This document shows, piece by piece, positions 1-8,105 of a stretch of 32,000 nt of DNA; the stretch's first letter is position 1; each line of letters begins with the position of its first letter. Source of the stretch: Chlamydiales bacterium (GTDB lineage Bacteria > Chlamydiota > Chlamydiia > Chlamydiales > JAAKFR01); assembly GCA_041395025.1 (NCBI GenBank), contig JAWLBH010000001.1, positions 1,050,001 to 1,082,000 on the forward strand. Reading direction: 5' to 3'. Below the pieces are notes generated by a model that saw only the letters and a program-made list of their open reading frames with translations, was not told the origin of the DNA and did no database searches. The position numbers were made by a program, and so were the translations under genes.

Positions 1-27
1 TTAGACTCTTTTCTTTTTGATACATGT

Positions 28-2043
28 ATGGTGGAAAAAATGGATGATAGAGGATTAGACTTAGAACAAAAAAAAATTTTAGGTAAGATAGCAAATGCCA
101 TTAGGGATCTTTCAATAGATGGCGTACAAAAAGCCAATTCAGGACATCCAGGACTTCCACTTGGATGTGCGGAAATTGGGGCCTATCTTTATGGATTTGC
201 ACTTCAACATAATCCAAAAAATTCGAAATGGCTGAATCGTGATAGGGTTGTGCTTTCTCCTGGTCATGGTTCAATGTGGTTATACTCCTGTCTCCACTTA
301 GCAGGTTTTGACCTTTCTTTAGAAGAAATTAAAAATTTTCGTCAATTACATTCAAAAACTCCTGGACATCCGGAATTTCATCAAACAGATGGAGTAGAAG
401 CAACGACAGGTCCTTTGGGACAAGGGACGGGAAATGCCGTAGGTATGGCATTAGCTCAAAAGATTTTTGCTGCTAAATTTAATACTGCAGAGCATACCTT
501 GTTTGATTCTAAAATATTTTGTTTATGTAGTGATGGGGATATGATGGAAGGGGTTAGTCATGAAGTATGTACACTTGCAGGACACCTAAAATTAAACAAT
601 CTAATTTTCATATATGATGCGAATAACATCACTCTTGATGGCCCTCTTTCTGATTGCATGTCTGAAGATGTGCTTAGTCGCTTTCGAGCTTACAAATGGG
701 ATGTTTATCAGCTAGATGGACATAGTTTTGATGAATTAAATAAAGTCATTTCAACTATCCGAAAATCTCAAGACAGACCTGTGTTTATTTTAGCTTCTAC
801 TGTGATCGGGAAGGGCTCTCCCAAGAAAGAGGGCACAAGCAGTGTTCATGGTGCTCCCCTTGGCCTTGAAGAGGTAGAAGCAACGAAAAAAAATCTAGGA
901 CTTCCTAATGAACTCTTCTACATACCTAAATCTATTGAAACCTATTTTGAAGATAGACTGAATATTCAGAAAAAGCTAGAAGCCGATTGGAATGAAACTT
1001 TTCGTCTTTGGGCTAAAGCAAACCCTGATCTCTACAAAGTGTGGCAAGAGATGGTCGAGAAAAAACTTCCTAAGAACCTAGAGGATATCTTATGGAATAT
1101 TAAAGTTGATCTCTCCATCTCTGGTCGCAAAGCATCCAATCTCGTAGTGAATGAGCTTGCTAACTATTTGCCTCATCTCTATGGAGGGTCAGCTGATCTT
1201 TCATGTTCTGATTTAACTCTGCTGAAAGATTTTTCTACTATCGATGCAGGAAATTTTACAGGACGTAATATTAAATATGGAGTTAGAGAATTTGGGATGG
1301 GGACCATTGCAAATGGCTTGGCTTATACCGCCATGATTACTCCTTTTATTGGAACTTTTTTGGCTTTTTCTGACTATTTACGCAATTCAATCCGTCTTGC
1401 AGCTATGTCAAAATTGCACGTCATTTATCAATTCACTCATGACTCGATTTTCTTGGGTGAAGACGGACCGACCCATCAACCGATTGAACATTATGCCGCT
1501 TTACGAGCGATTCCTCACCTTTATGTCATTCGGCCAGGAGATGCTAATGAAGTCAAAATGGCTTGGTTAGCTGCTTTAAGATTGAAGTTACCTACAGCCA
1601 TTCTTCTTTCTCGTCAATCCTTACCGACACTTGAAGAAACGAAAATTCCATATGATCAAGGTTTAGGGCGCGGAGCCTATATCGTTAGGAAAGAAAATCT
1701 TCAACCAGATTATACGCTATTTGCGACTGGTTCTGAATTGCATATTGCATTAGAGGTCTCTGAAGAGTTGGTCAAGCGTGGAAAAGATGTGAGGGTAGTT
1801 TCCATGCCTTGTTGGGAGTTGTTTGATCTACAAGATTCTGTTTACATAGATTCAATTATTGGAGGAAATCTTGGGATGCGTGTGAGTATTGAAGCGGGAG
1901 TAGATTTAGGATGGCAAAAATTTATTGGTCTAGAGGGGATTGCAATTTGTATGGAGAGTTATGGAACATCAGCTCCAGCTGCAACATTAAGTGAAGAGTT
2001 TGGTTTTTCTGTAGATATGATTCTTGAGCGTATTCTTAGTTAA
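28..2043 (+). CDS. tkt: Transketolase
   Basis: 671-aa ORF. The TPP-binding region (ANSGHPGLPLGCAEIG, CSDGDMMEGVSHE), the pyrimidine-binding region (THDSIFLGEDGPTHQPIEH) and the C-terminal domain are all present and collinear with bacterial TktA/TktB. The start is ATG 28 or ATG 40. Confidence 0.95.
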   Translation: MVEKMDDRGLDLEQKKILGKIANAIRDLSIDGVQKANSGHPGLPLGCAEIGAYLYGFALQHNPKNSKWLNRDRVVLSPGHGSMWLYSCLHLAGFDLSLEEIKNFRQLHSKTPGHPEFHQTDGVEATTGPLGQGTGNAVGMALAQKIFAAKFNTAEHTLFDSKIFCLCSDGDMMEGVSHEVCTLAGHLKLNNLIFIYDANNITLDGPLSDCMSEDVLSRFRAYKWDVYQLDGHSFDELNKVISTIRKSQDRPVFILASTVIGKGSPKKEGTSSVHGAPLGLEEVEATKKNLGLPNELFYIPKSIETYFEDRLNIQKKLEADWNETFRLWAKANPDLYKVWQEMVEKKLPKNLEDILWNIKVDLSISGRKASNLVVNELANYLPHLYGGSADLSCSDLTLLKDFSTIDAGNFTGRNIKYGVREFGMGTIANGLAYTAMITPFIGTFLAFSDYLRNSIRLAAMSKLHVIYQFTHDSIFLGEDGPTHQPIEHYAALRAIPHLYVIRPGDANEVKMAWLAALRLKLPTAILLSRQSLPTLEETKIPYDQGLGRGAYIVRKENLQPDYTLFATGSELHIALEVSEELVKRGKDVRVVSMPCWELFDLQDSVYIDSIIGGNLGMRVSIEAGVDLGWQKFIGLEGIAICMESYGTSAPAATLSEEFGFSVDMILERILS

Positions 2044-2169
2044 TCGTCCTTAATATGAGATAGTAGCAGGATTTTTTCCTCTTGTCTTCTTGTAATGAAT
2101 GCATAAGAGATTGGATTGAGTGCTAAAAGCAAGAAATTTTTAGTTATTTTTGAGATTGATTCACAGGGT

Positions 2170-2970
2170 TTAGAAGCGACATTGTCCATTAAGGTAAAGG
2201 GCTTTTTCATTTAAAAAAGCCACTTCAGCTGTCAAAGTGCCTCTATGACTGCCAAGAAGAGTGATTCCAACTGCATAACCAAAATTCCATCCAGTCGATA
2301 AATTTTTTAGATGATAGCCAATATAATGAGGAAAAATCCATGTTTGTCCAGATTTTAATCCTAAATAAGGAATTAGAGCTGTTCCAAAGGTCATGTCAAT
2401 TCGATAAGCTCCACCGATTCCAATTTGCCATTCTTTATAATCTAAATAGTTATTATCTGCATATAGAAGTGTAGTTGATCCAATGGGTTGGTGACTTTGA
2501 GGTTTCGTAGAGGCGTATTGCGCTTCTATTCCTAATCCAAAATCACGATTTTCCCAAAGAGTTTTTCTTAATCCTAAACTCCATGAAAAGCTGGTATTAG
2601 ATAAAATTGTAAGAGAAGCATATCCACCAAGAATTTCGATATTAGAAGTCCCAAGAGTGGCAAAGAGATCAAAGTAGTTTTTTAGGTTTAAAGCAAAATA
2701 AGCAGCATTCGTTAAGATTTGAGTCTTATGTACACTATGAGGCTGTTGATGCGCATCTATAATCACCATGTAGTGGTTATAGATATAGTCTCCATAGAAT
2801 CCCATCCTAAGACTCCAGGTATCCAACCAAGAAAGACGAGAAGAAGATTGATGACTTTCTCTAAAGAGCCCTTCTGTGATCAAACTAGCTTCTAAAGGAT
2901 TCCCAATTGGCAGCGCCTGTACATTTATAGCAAAGGTTAAGCTTGTTAATAGGGCAACAATTTTTTTCAT
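2170..2970 (-). CDS. Small MOMP-family outer-membrane beta-barrel porin (about 266 aa precursor)
   Basis: I moved the start to ATG 2970 (MKKIVALLTSLTFAINVQA). The Sec signal ends in ..VQA|LPIGNPLEASLITEG and is followed by WLDTWSLRMGFYGDYIY. This matches my recollection of the chlamydial MOMP N-terminus (..LQA|LPVGNPAEPSLMIDG.., ..ISMRVGYYGDFVF..). The rest shows an alternating beta-strand pattern and ends in the aromatic C-terminus ..GQCRF. The mature protein contains only one Cys. Confidence 0.8.
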   Translation of the reverse strand: MKKIVALLTSLTFAINVQALPIGNPLEASLITEGLFRESHQSSSRLSWLDTWSLRMGFYGDYIYNHYMVIIDAHQQPHSVHKTQILTNAAYFALNLKNYFDLFATLGTSNIEILGGYASLTILSNTSFSWSLGLRKTLWENRDFGLGIEAQYASTKPQSHQPIGSTTLLYADNNYLDYKEWQIGIGGAYRIDMTFGTALIPYLGLKSGQTWIFPHYIGYHLKNLSTGWNFGYAVGITLLGSHRGTLTAEVAFLNEKALYLNGQCRF

Positions 2971-3017
2971 GGCCCTCTCATAAGACATCAAATGATAAAC
3001 AATAGCAGAGACTCAAA

Positions 3018-3839
3018 TTAAATATCAGTTTTAGCTGATTTTCCACGAAATGCTCCTTTAGCTTTGTGTTTGAGCATTTTTTTCATCAGATAAATTGTAC
3101 GAACTCCTTTTTCTAAATGATCGCTTGTATAGGTGTCAAAAATATGCTTAGCACTCTGTTTCGTTTTGATACCATCTCGGATGAGAGGGAGATCCGAAAT
3201 CAGAAGAAGAGCTCCTAAAGGAAGTTTACGTCGATAACCAGCTGCAAAAAGAGTGGCACATTCCATTTCAATTGCTTGGGCTTTTGTTTGAATAAGTTGT
3301 GCTTTAAAGGCTTCATTAAATTCCCAAAAACGGATATTTGTCGTATGGGTGATCCCAATATGGTAAGGCGCACGATCTTCATCAAGAATATCTGTAGCTG
3401 CTTTTTGCATAAGAAAATTTCCCAAAGCAGGGACCTCAGGAGGAAAGTAAAAATCTGAAGTTCCATCTCCACGGATAGCAGCTAAAGGAATAAAATAGTC
3501 ACCCACATGATAATGGCGTCGTAGTCCACCGCACATGCCCAACATCAATGCAGATTTTACTCTAGGAAGAAAGGAACATAAATCAACAATCAGTGCTGCA
3601 GCTGCTGAACCAAGTTTAAAATCGATAATACTAATATTATGTTCTGGAGCATGAGCAGCAGTAAACATAGATCCTTCCATCAAAGGAACTTGGTAAGTTT
3701 CCGCAAAGGTACGAATATAGCGATGAAAATTTGTAATTAAAAGATAGGAGCCAAATCGGTCAATTTCTGACCCTGAATACCGTTCTAATGTATCACGTGC
3801 AATTTCTGCTTCATGCGGATCAATTTCGTAAAAACTCAT
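3018..3839 (-). CDS. amn: AMP nucleosidase, short catalytic-domain-only form (PNP/UDP phosphorylase fold)
   Basis: 273-aa ORF. LMLGMCGGLRRHYHVGDYFIPLAAIRGDG resembles the E. coli Amn catalytic core (MIGHCGGLR...IGDYVLAHAYLRDDH), and IEMECATLFAAG is the typical PNP_UDP_1 motif. The N-terminal regulatory domain of enterobacterial Amn is absent. Confidence 0.7.
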   Translation of the reverse strand: MSFYEIDPHEAEIARDTLERYSGSEIDRFGSYLLITNFHRYIRTFAETYQVPLMEGSMFTAAHAPEHNISIIDFKLGSAAAALIVDLCSFLPRVKSALMLGMCGGLRRHYHVGDYFIPLAAIRGDGTSDFYFPPEVPALGNFLMQKAATDILDEDRAPYHIGITHTTNIRFWEFNEAFKAQLIQTKAQAIEMECATLFAAGYRRKLPLGALLLISDLPLIRDGIKTKQSAKHIFDTYTSDHLEKGVRTIYLMKKMLKHKAKGAFRGKSAKTDI

Positions 3840-4152
3840 GGTTTATCTTTTAAACCTTCAAAACTTTTCAAGCAATCCCTTCAAATAGAATCCTTATTTG
3901 GTTTCTCTAGAAGAATTCATGCATAAACTGACTATTGATCTATCTTGAAATAGGATCAAACAGAAAAATATTTCTTAAAATATCATCTGATATTGATTCA
4001 ATCTCCTATGCTATATACACTCCTAATTTTTATAAAGGATTCTTGGTAAGATATTTTTCTTCCAAAATAGATGTAACGATGCTAATAGGGAGCTTATCGC
4101 TCACTTGATATGGGCTTTCCCATAATTCAGGTTTGTTAATAAGGAGAAAATC

Positions 4153-4725
4153 ATGGCTCAAGTCAATACAAGTGAATTTCGTAGTGGTTTGAAAATTGAA
4201 ATAGAAGGACAACCCTACATGATTGTGAAGAATGAATTTGTCAAACCAGGGAAAGGGCAAGCATTTAATCGTGTTCGGATGAAACATTTATTAACAGGGC
4301 GTGTGATAGAAAAAACATTTAAGTCAGGTGAAACATTCGAAGAAGCTGATGTGCGTGAATCTGAGATGCGTCTCTTATATATTGATACAGGAGAGGCGAC
4401 TTTTATGGATGATGAAACTTATGATCAAATGACGATTTCTCTTGAAAAAATTGAAGATATGAAAAAATGGCTAGTAGAGGATGTGATATATAAAATTGTT
4501 TTTTATAAAAATGAACCCGTCACTGTAGAACCTCCTACCTTTATGGAATTAGAAATTATAGAGACTCATCCTGGGATCCGTGGAGATACAAGTGCTGGCC
4601 GTGTCCTAAAACCAGCTACTATCTCAACAGGTGCTCTGATCCAAGTCCCGATTTTTATTGAACAGGGAGAAATTATAAAAATTGATACACGTAATGGGGA
4701 ATATGTCTCTCGAGTTAACAAATAG
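4153..4725 (+). CDS. efp: Elongation factor P
   Basis: 190-aa ORF preceded by AAGGAG 8 nt upstream. The N-terminus MAQVNTSEFRSGLKIEIEGQPYMIVKNEFVKPGKGQAFNRVRMKHL is near-canonical EF-P, with the modifiable Lys in the KPGKGQAF loop. Confidence 0.95.
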   Translation: MAQVNTSEFRSGLKIEIEGQPYMIVKNEFVKPGKGQAFNRVRMKHLLTGRVIEKTFKSGETFEEADVRESEMRLLYIDTGEATFMDDETYDQMTISLEKIEDMKKWLVEDVIYKIVFYKNEPVTVEPPTFMELEIIETHPGIRGDTSAGRVLKPATISTGALIQVPIFIEQGEIIKIDTRNGEYVSRVNK

Positions 4726-5563
4726 AGTGGCTCTTTTACGTGATCGCTCGGTGATGCTTAGCCATACACGTACATTTTTTGCTGAGAGAGAGGTCATAGA
4801 AGTAGATGTGCCTATTTTAAGTAGATATGGTTCTGTTGATCCTCACATTGAATTGATTGAGGCCATCTGTTTAGGAGAAAGAGTCTTTTTGCATAGTTCA
4901 CCAGAATATGGAATGAAGCGTCTTTTATCAGAAGGAATTGGCGATATCTATCAAATTTCACATGTTTTTCGTAATGAAGAAAAGGGTGCATACCATACGC
5001 CAGAATTCACAATGATTGAATGGTATCGCTGTGGCTTCTTGTTTGAGCAAATGGTGGAAGAGACGCTCGCATTTATTCATCTTTTTTTTTCTAAAAAACC
5101 TATCTTCACATATTTTAGTTATCGAGAACTGTTTTTGCATTATCTTGGATATTATCCAGAATCTCAAAAAGATAGAGATCGTCTTTTGGCTTTTGAGATT
5201 GAACCCCATCTTGATGCAACAGTCATCACTGATTTCCCTCCTGAAGAAGCTGCCCTTTCTGAGATTCAAAACGGAATTGCCTTGCGTTTTGAAGTTTTTT
5301 ACAAAGGATTAGAGTTAGCAAACGGGTATTATGAACTGCGTGATCAAGAAGAACAAAGGAAACGATTAGAACATAATAACCAAGAGCGTCTTTCCTTGGG
5401 GAAAAAGATCTATCCTATTGATCCTTTATTTTTGGAGGCTTTAGGTAGAGGATTACCTCAATGCTGTGGAGTAGCGGTGGGTTTCGATCGATTAATGATG
5501 TTGCGTCATGATATCGATACAATTGATCAGATTCTTCCTTTTGAATGGGAGAAGAGTGAATGA
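4703..5563 (+). CDS. epmA: EF-P--(R)-beta-lysine ligase (PoxA/GenX/YjeA, truncated LysRS paralogue)
   Basis: Class II aaRS catalytic core with no anticodon-binding domain. It is collinear with E. coli EpmA as I recall it (SPEYGMKRLL, FRNEEKGAYHTPEFTMIEWY, RFEVFYKGLELANGYYEL, GVAVGFDRLMML). The ORF-track start at 4682 overlaps efp by 44 nt; ATG 4694 or 4703 is more likely. Confidence 0.85.
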   Translation: MSLELTNRVALLRDRSVMLSHTRTFFAEREVIEVDVPILSRYGSVDPHIELIEAICLGERVFLHSSPEYGMKRLLSEGIGDIYQISHVFRNEEKGAYHTPEFTMIEWYRCGFLFEQMVEETLAFIHLFFSKKPIFTYFSYRELFLHYLGYYPESQKDRDRLLAFEIEPHLDATVITDFPPEEAALSEIQNGIALRFEVFYKGLELANGYYELRDQEEQRKRLEHNNQERLSLGKKIYPIDPLFLEALGRGLPQCCGVAVGFDRLMMLRHDIDTIDQILPFEWEKSE

Positions 5564-6222
5564 AGATTGGGTTCTTATTCGATAATGATGGTGTGTTGAT
5601 CGATAGTCGTGAATTGCATTGGGAATCTTGGATGCGTTTGATGGAAGAAGATCCAACATTTAAAATCACCCGCAAGGAGTTTATTGAAAGTTTTGGAAAA
5701 TGTAATGATCTTATTTTACAGACTTCTTTCCCTCATGTGTCTAAAATACAGCATATAGAGTGGGCAAAGCAAAAAGAAAAATTTTTTCGCACATTTGCCT
5801 TTAACAACCTCTCTCTCTTACCTGGTATGGAAGCTTTTTTACAGAAAGTCATTACGGCGGCTATTCCTCATACGATTGCTTCTTCAGCGCCAAGGGAAAA
5901 TTTAGAGATGTGTCTAAATTCAACACCACTAGGTCGTTATTTTGATAGTTATCTATCTGGAGAAGAGGTAGAACATGGTAAACCCGCTCCTGATATATTT
6001 ATTGCTGCAGCCAAACAGCTAGGGTATAGCCCTTGTGATTGTGTCGTATTTGAAGATGCACCAGCCGGCATTACAGCAGGACGCACAGCAGGGGCTTTTG
6101 TTGTAGCCCTTGAAACGACTCATAAGAGAGAAGCATTGTTTGGCTATGATCTAATTTATTCTTCTACGGAAAAATTGGATTTAGAAGAAATTTTAGATGC
6201 TTTTATCAAAAAACAGAAGTAA
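5560..6222 (+). CDS. HAD-IA hydrolase, beta-phosphoglucomutase/sugar-phosphatase-like
   Basis: All four HAD motifs are present: FLFDNDGVLIDS, IASSAP, GKPAPDIF and FEDAPAGITAG. The start overlaps the epmA stop in an ATGA arrangement (5560-5563). Confidence 0.8.
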   Translation: MKIGFLFDNDGVLIDSRELHWESWMRLMEEDPTFKITRKEFIESFGKCNDLILQTSFPHVSKIQHIEWAKQKEKFFRTFAFNNLSLLPGMEAFLQKVITAAIPHTIASSAPRENLEMCLNSTPLGRYFDSYLSGEEVEHGKPAPDIFIAAAKQLGYSPCDCVVFEDAPAGITAGRTAGAFVVALETTHKREALFGYDLIYSSTEKLDLEEILDAFIKKQK

Positions 6223-6443
6223 CATTCGGATTTGTCAGACCTACAATGAATTTAGGTTAGAGATCCCTTTGAGCCCACACCTCAGGGAAAGTCTTGATAA
6301 AAGGAAGACACGTATTTTTGAAAGTAAATCAATCTTATTTCTTTGAAAAGATGGTTTGTTATATCCACTACCTCTCTATGAAGAATAAGACAGATGGCAA
6401 AAATCTAAAAAGTACAAAAGATGGTAGACAGAAGGGCAGTTAA

Positions 6444-6926
6444 TTATCCAGCGGCAGCTATAACGGTGTAAGAATTCATGCGATTATTTAACGTCCTCCC
6501 ATACAAATCCAGATCACGCATCATCCTACGATAGAAAAATTCTACCACAGCCTTCGCTATTAAAATTGCTATAAGAATTGATCCTGCCATTGTCCCACCA
6601 AGCTGTGGTCCAGGAATCACACCTGCAATTCCTAAGCCTCCTATCACCCCACAAATAAGAAGAGGGGCCAATACTAGTGATAATTTCTTTATATTTGCCG
6701 TTCTACCAACCCAGCAAAGCATGGTTAAGCTGCTAACAATACCTATCCCAAACAAAGAGTACCCAAGAGTTGAGCCAGGAATCACACCCGCAATTCCAGC
6801 CCATCCAATCGCAATAATAGTGAGTATACTCATAACGAGTAGAGAAATACATAAAGCTATTTTATATTTTTGGGTTCTTGTCAAATCTGCATTTTGTGCT
6901 CTCGTAGTTGGCTGGATATTAGACAT
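6444..6926 (-). CDS. Small double-hairpin (4-TM) glycine-rich membrane protein, paralogue A; Inc-like candidate
   Basis: 160 aa, with a strong SD (AAGGAGG, complement of 6934-6940) 7 nt before the ATG. The N-terminus MSNIQPTTRAQNADLTRTQK is polar and lacks a signal peptide. Two hydrophobic hairpins each turn at an exactly repeated GIAGVIPG (..IGWAGIAGVIPGSTLGY.. and ..IGGLGIAGVIPGPQLGG..), separated by the basic linker RTANIKK. Confidence 0.75.
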   Translation of the reverse strand: MSNIQPTTRAQNADLTRTQKYKIALCISLLVMSILTIIAIGWAGIAGVIPGSTLGYSLFGIGIVSSLTMLCWVGRTANIKKLSLVLAPLLICGVIGGLGIAGVIPGPQLGGTMAGSILIAILIAKAVVEFFYRRMMRDLDLYGRTLNNRMNSYTVIAAAG

Positions 6927-7077
6927 ACCTTAACCTCCTTACAGGATTATATATTTTAAACAATAATTTAATTACATTTTTATTAATTTTTAATTACATA
7001 AATATACTTTAATTCATCAATCAAAATCTTTTATTTAAATTTTTTTTAGAAACAGCATCATGAGATTAGAAACCATC

Positions 7078-7290
7078 AACTAGCCATAACCAACCAAAGA
7101 TAACCCTATGAAAGCGCATCCGATGGTTAAGCGAATCAATATTCCATGCCAAGAGATGCAATGATAATAGTAGTTTGAAGGTTATGGTGTGTAGTATACC
7201 ATATGACTTAAAACGACCAAGCGTTTGGAGTTTGGTTGCGTTATTTCTGGCATCGATGCATCTACATTTCTTAGATTTACTATCGATATA
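7078..7290 (-). pseudogene. Decayed copy of the double-hairpin family (fragment D)
   Basis: The DNA at 7141-7205 aligns by eye with paralogue C 8626-8680 and paralogue B 7861-7905 (attcc.tgccaagagatgcaatgataa...ataccatat). The minus-strand translation gives ..IIIASLGMEY*. A second frame then gives RLTIGCAFIGLSLVGYG*, compared with FIIGSLGIAGILPRLTVGYSFIGG in C. The region has stops plus at least one frameshift, and the track lists no ORF of 60 aa or more here. Confidence 0.5.
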
Positions 7291-7414
7291 ATGAGATATT
7301 GCTTATTTAGCTTATAAAAATTTTAAAATAAAAACTATATCTAGTTAATCTTTCAATTCTATTTTATAAATTAAAATTTCATAATAAGACTGAATTCCAA
7401 AATTAAGAAGTCAA

Positions 7415-7534
7415 TTATAGATTCTTATTATGTTTACAAGGCACCACAATGCAACAGCACCCACAATGACCATAGGTAAAATACCTAGTAGGACGAATAA
7501 AGGTATTAACAATACCTACCCAATATAAGACCAT
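7415..7534 (-). pseudogene. 3-prime fragment of a family member that retains an intact 39-codon ORF (fragment E)
   Basis: My hand translation of the minus strand gives MVLYWVGIVNTFIRPTRYFTYGHCGCCCIVVPCKHNKNL*. This resembles the C-terminus of paralogue C (GLWIVGIIVLNVLGCCGCV*). The ORF begins 30 nt after the stop of paralogue B and is below the ORF-track size cut-off. Expression is unknown. Confidence 0.4.
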
Positions 7535-7563
7535 CCGATCATGGAGTCAGAAAATCGTGATTT

Positions 7564-8037
7564 TTACGATCGTAATATCCGGTTCCTTTTTTTTACATAC
7601 ATCACGGGCAAAACTAGGCACAACACACCTGTTGCTCCAATCGCTAATCCTAAGATTACCCAACTAAGCTGTACTGCATTAATCACACCTGCAATTCCTA
7701 AGCCTCCTATCACCGCATAAGCAAGAACTGTCATTAATAGGCGTGTATTACGTCTTTTATCATTCGCTAGTTCGGCTACGAAGTCACTAATACCATACAA
7801 AATTACACAGGATCCGATAATTGGTCCGGGTCCGATTGGACCAAAAGATACAAGTAGTCTTGCAGCTCCAAGAGATGCAAGGATCAAAAGAGCTATACCG
7901 TGTACGATTCTCAAGACTACAACTAAAGGATTTTTTTGTTCTGAGAATAATCCATCTGAGAATAATCCATCTGGGAATAATCCATCTGGGAATAATCCAT
8001 TTTGCTGATTTTGCATTATTGAACTGGTATTCTCCAT
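7564..8037 (-). CDS. Small double-hairpin (4-TM) membrane protein, paralogue B, with an N-terminal (GLF[PS][DE])x4 repeat; Inc-like candidate
   Basis: 157 aa. The polar N-terminus MENTSSIMQNQQN is followed by GLFPDGLFPDGLFSDGLFSE. Hairpin 1 reads ..LILASLGAARLLVSFGPIGPGPIIG.., the basic linker is NDKRRNTR, and hairpin 2 reads ..VIGGLGIAGVINAVQLSW... The ORF shares a 34-bp perfect DNA block with paralogue A. Confidence 0.75.
   Translation of the reverse strand: MENTSSIMQNQQNGLFPDGLFPDGLFSDGLFSEQKNPLVVVLRIVHGIALLILASLGAARLLVSFGPIGPGPIIGSCVILYGISDFVAELANDKRRNTRLLMTVLAYAVIGGLGIAGVINAVQLSWVILGLAIGATGVLCLVLPVMYVKKRNRILRS
7941..8000. repeat. Tandem repeat, 4 x 15 bp, in frame within paralogue B
   Basis: Plus strand: ctgagaataatccat (7941-7955), ctgagaataatccat (7956-7970), ctgggaataatccat (7971-7985), ctgggaataatccat (7986-8000). 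The two pairs differ by a single a/g change. Confidence 0.95.
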
Positions 8038-8105
8038 AATCCAATCTCTAGTGAAAACTTCTAAAATCTATTTTAGCATACTGTGGCTTTTAAGGCCATT
8101 GAACC

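Noticed and set aside
1349-1570. Nested or antisense ORFs inside well-supported genes. Examples are 1349-1570, 3215-3472, 4958-5312, 13937-14206, 14365-14937, 15121-15728, 17960-18238, 20809-21290, 23996-24577, 25746-26323, 29666-29857, 30162-30386, 30939-31121 and 31375-31602.
   Set aside because: Each lies entirely within a longer ORF that has clear family motifs, and none has an independent signature.
4030-4287. 85-aa minus-strand ORF in the amn/efp divergent region.
   Set aside because: More than half of it is antisense to the efp start, and it has neither an RBS nor a motif. It is most likely spurious.
6721-6933. The plus-strand ORFs antisense to the membrane-protein genes (6721-6933 and 8368-8553).
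   Set aside because: These are shadow ORFs on the opposite strand of better-supported genes. They have Pro/Ile-rich, low-information sequence and no RBS.
7787-8044. The ORFs at 7787-8044 (-) and 7821-8039 (+) have striking WIIPR / IIHLR peptide repeats.
   Set aside because: They are alternative-frame and opposite-strand readings of the same 15-bp tandem repeat. Only the 7564-8037 frame continues into the TM hairpins shared with the paralogues.
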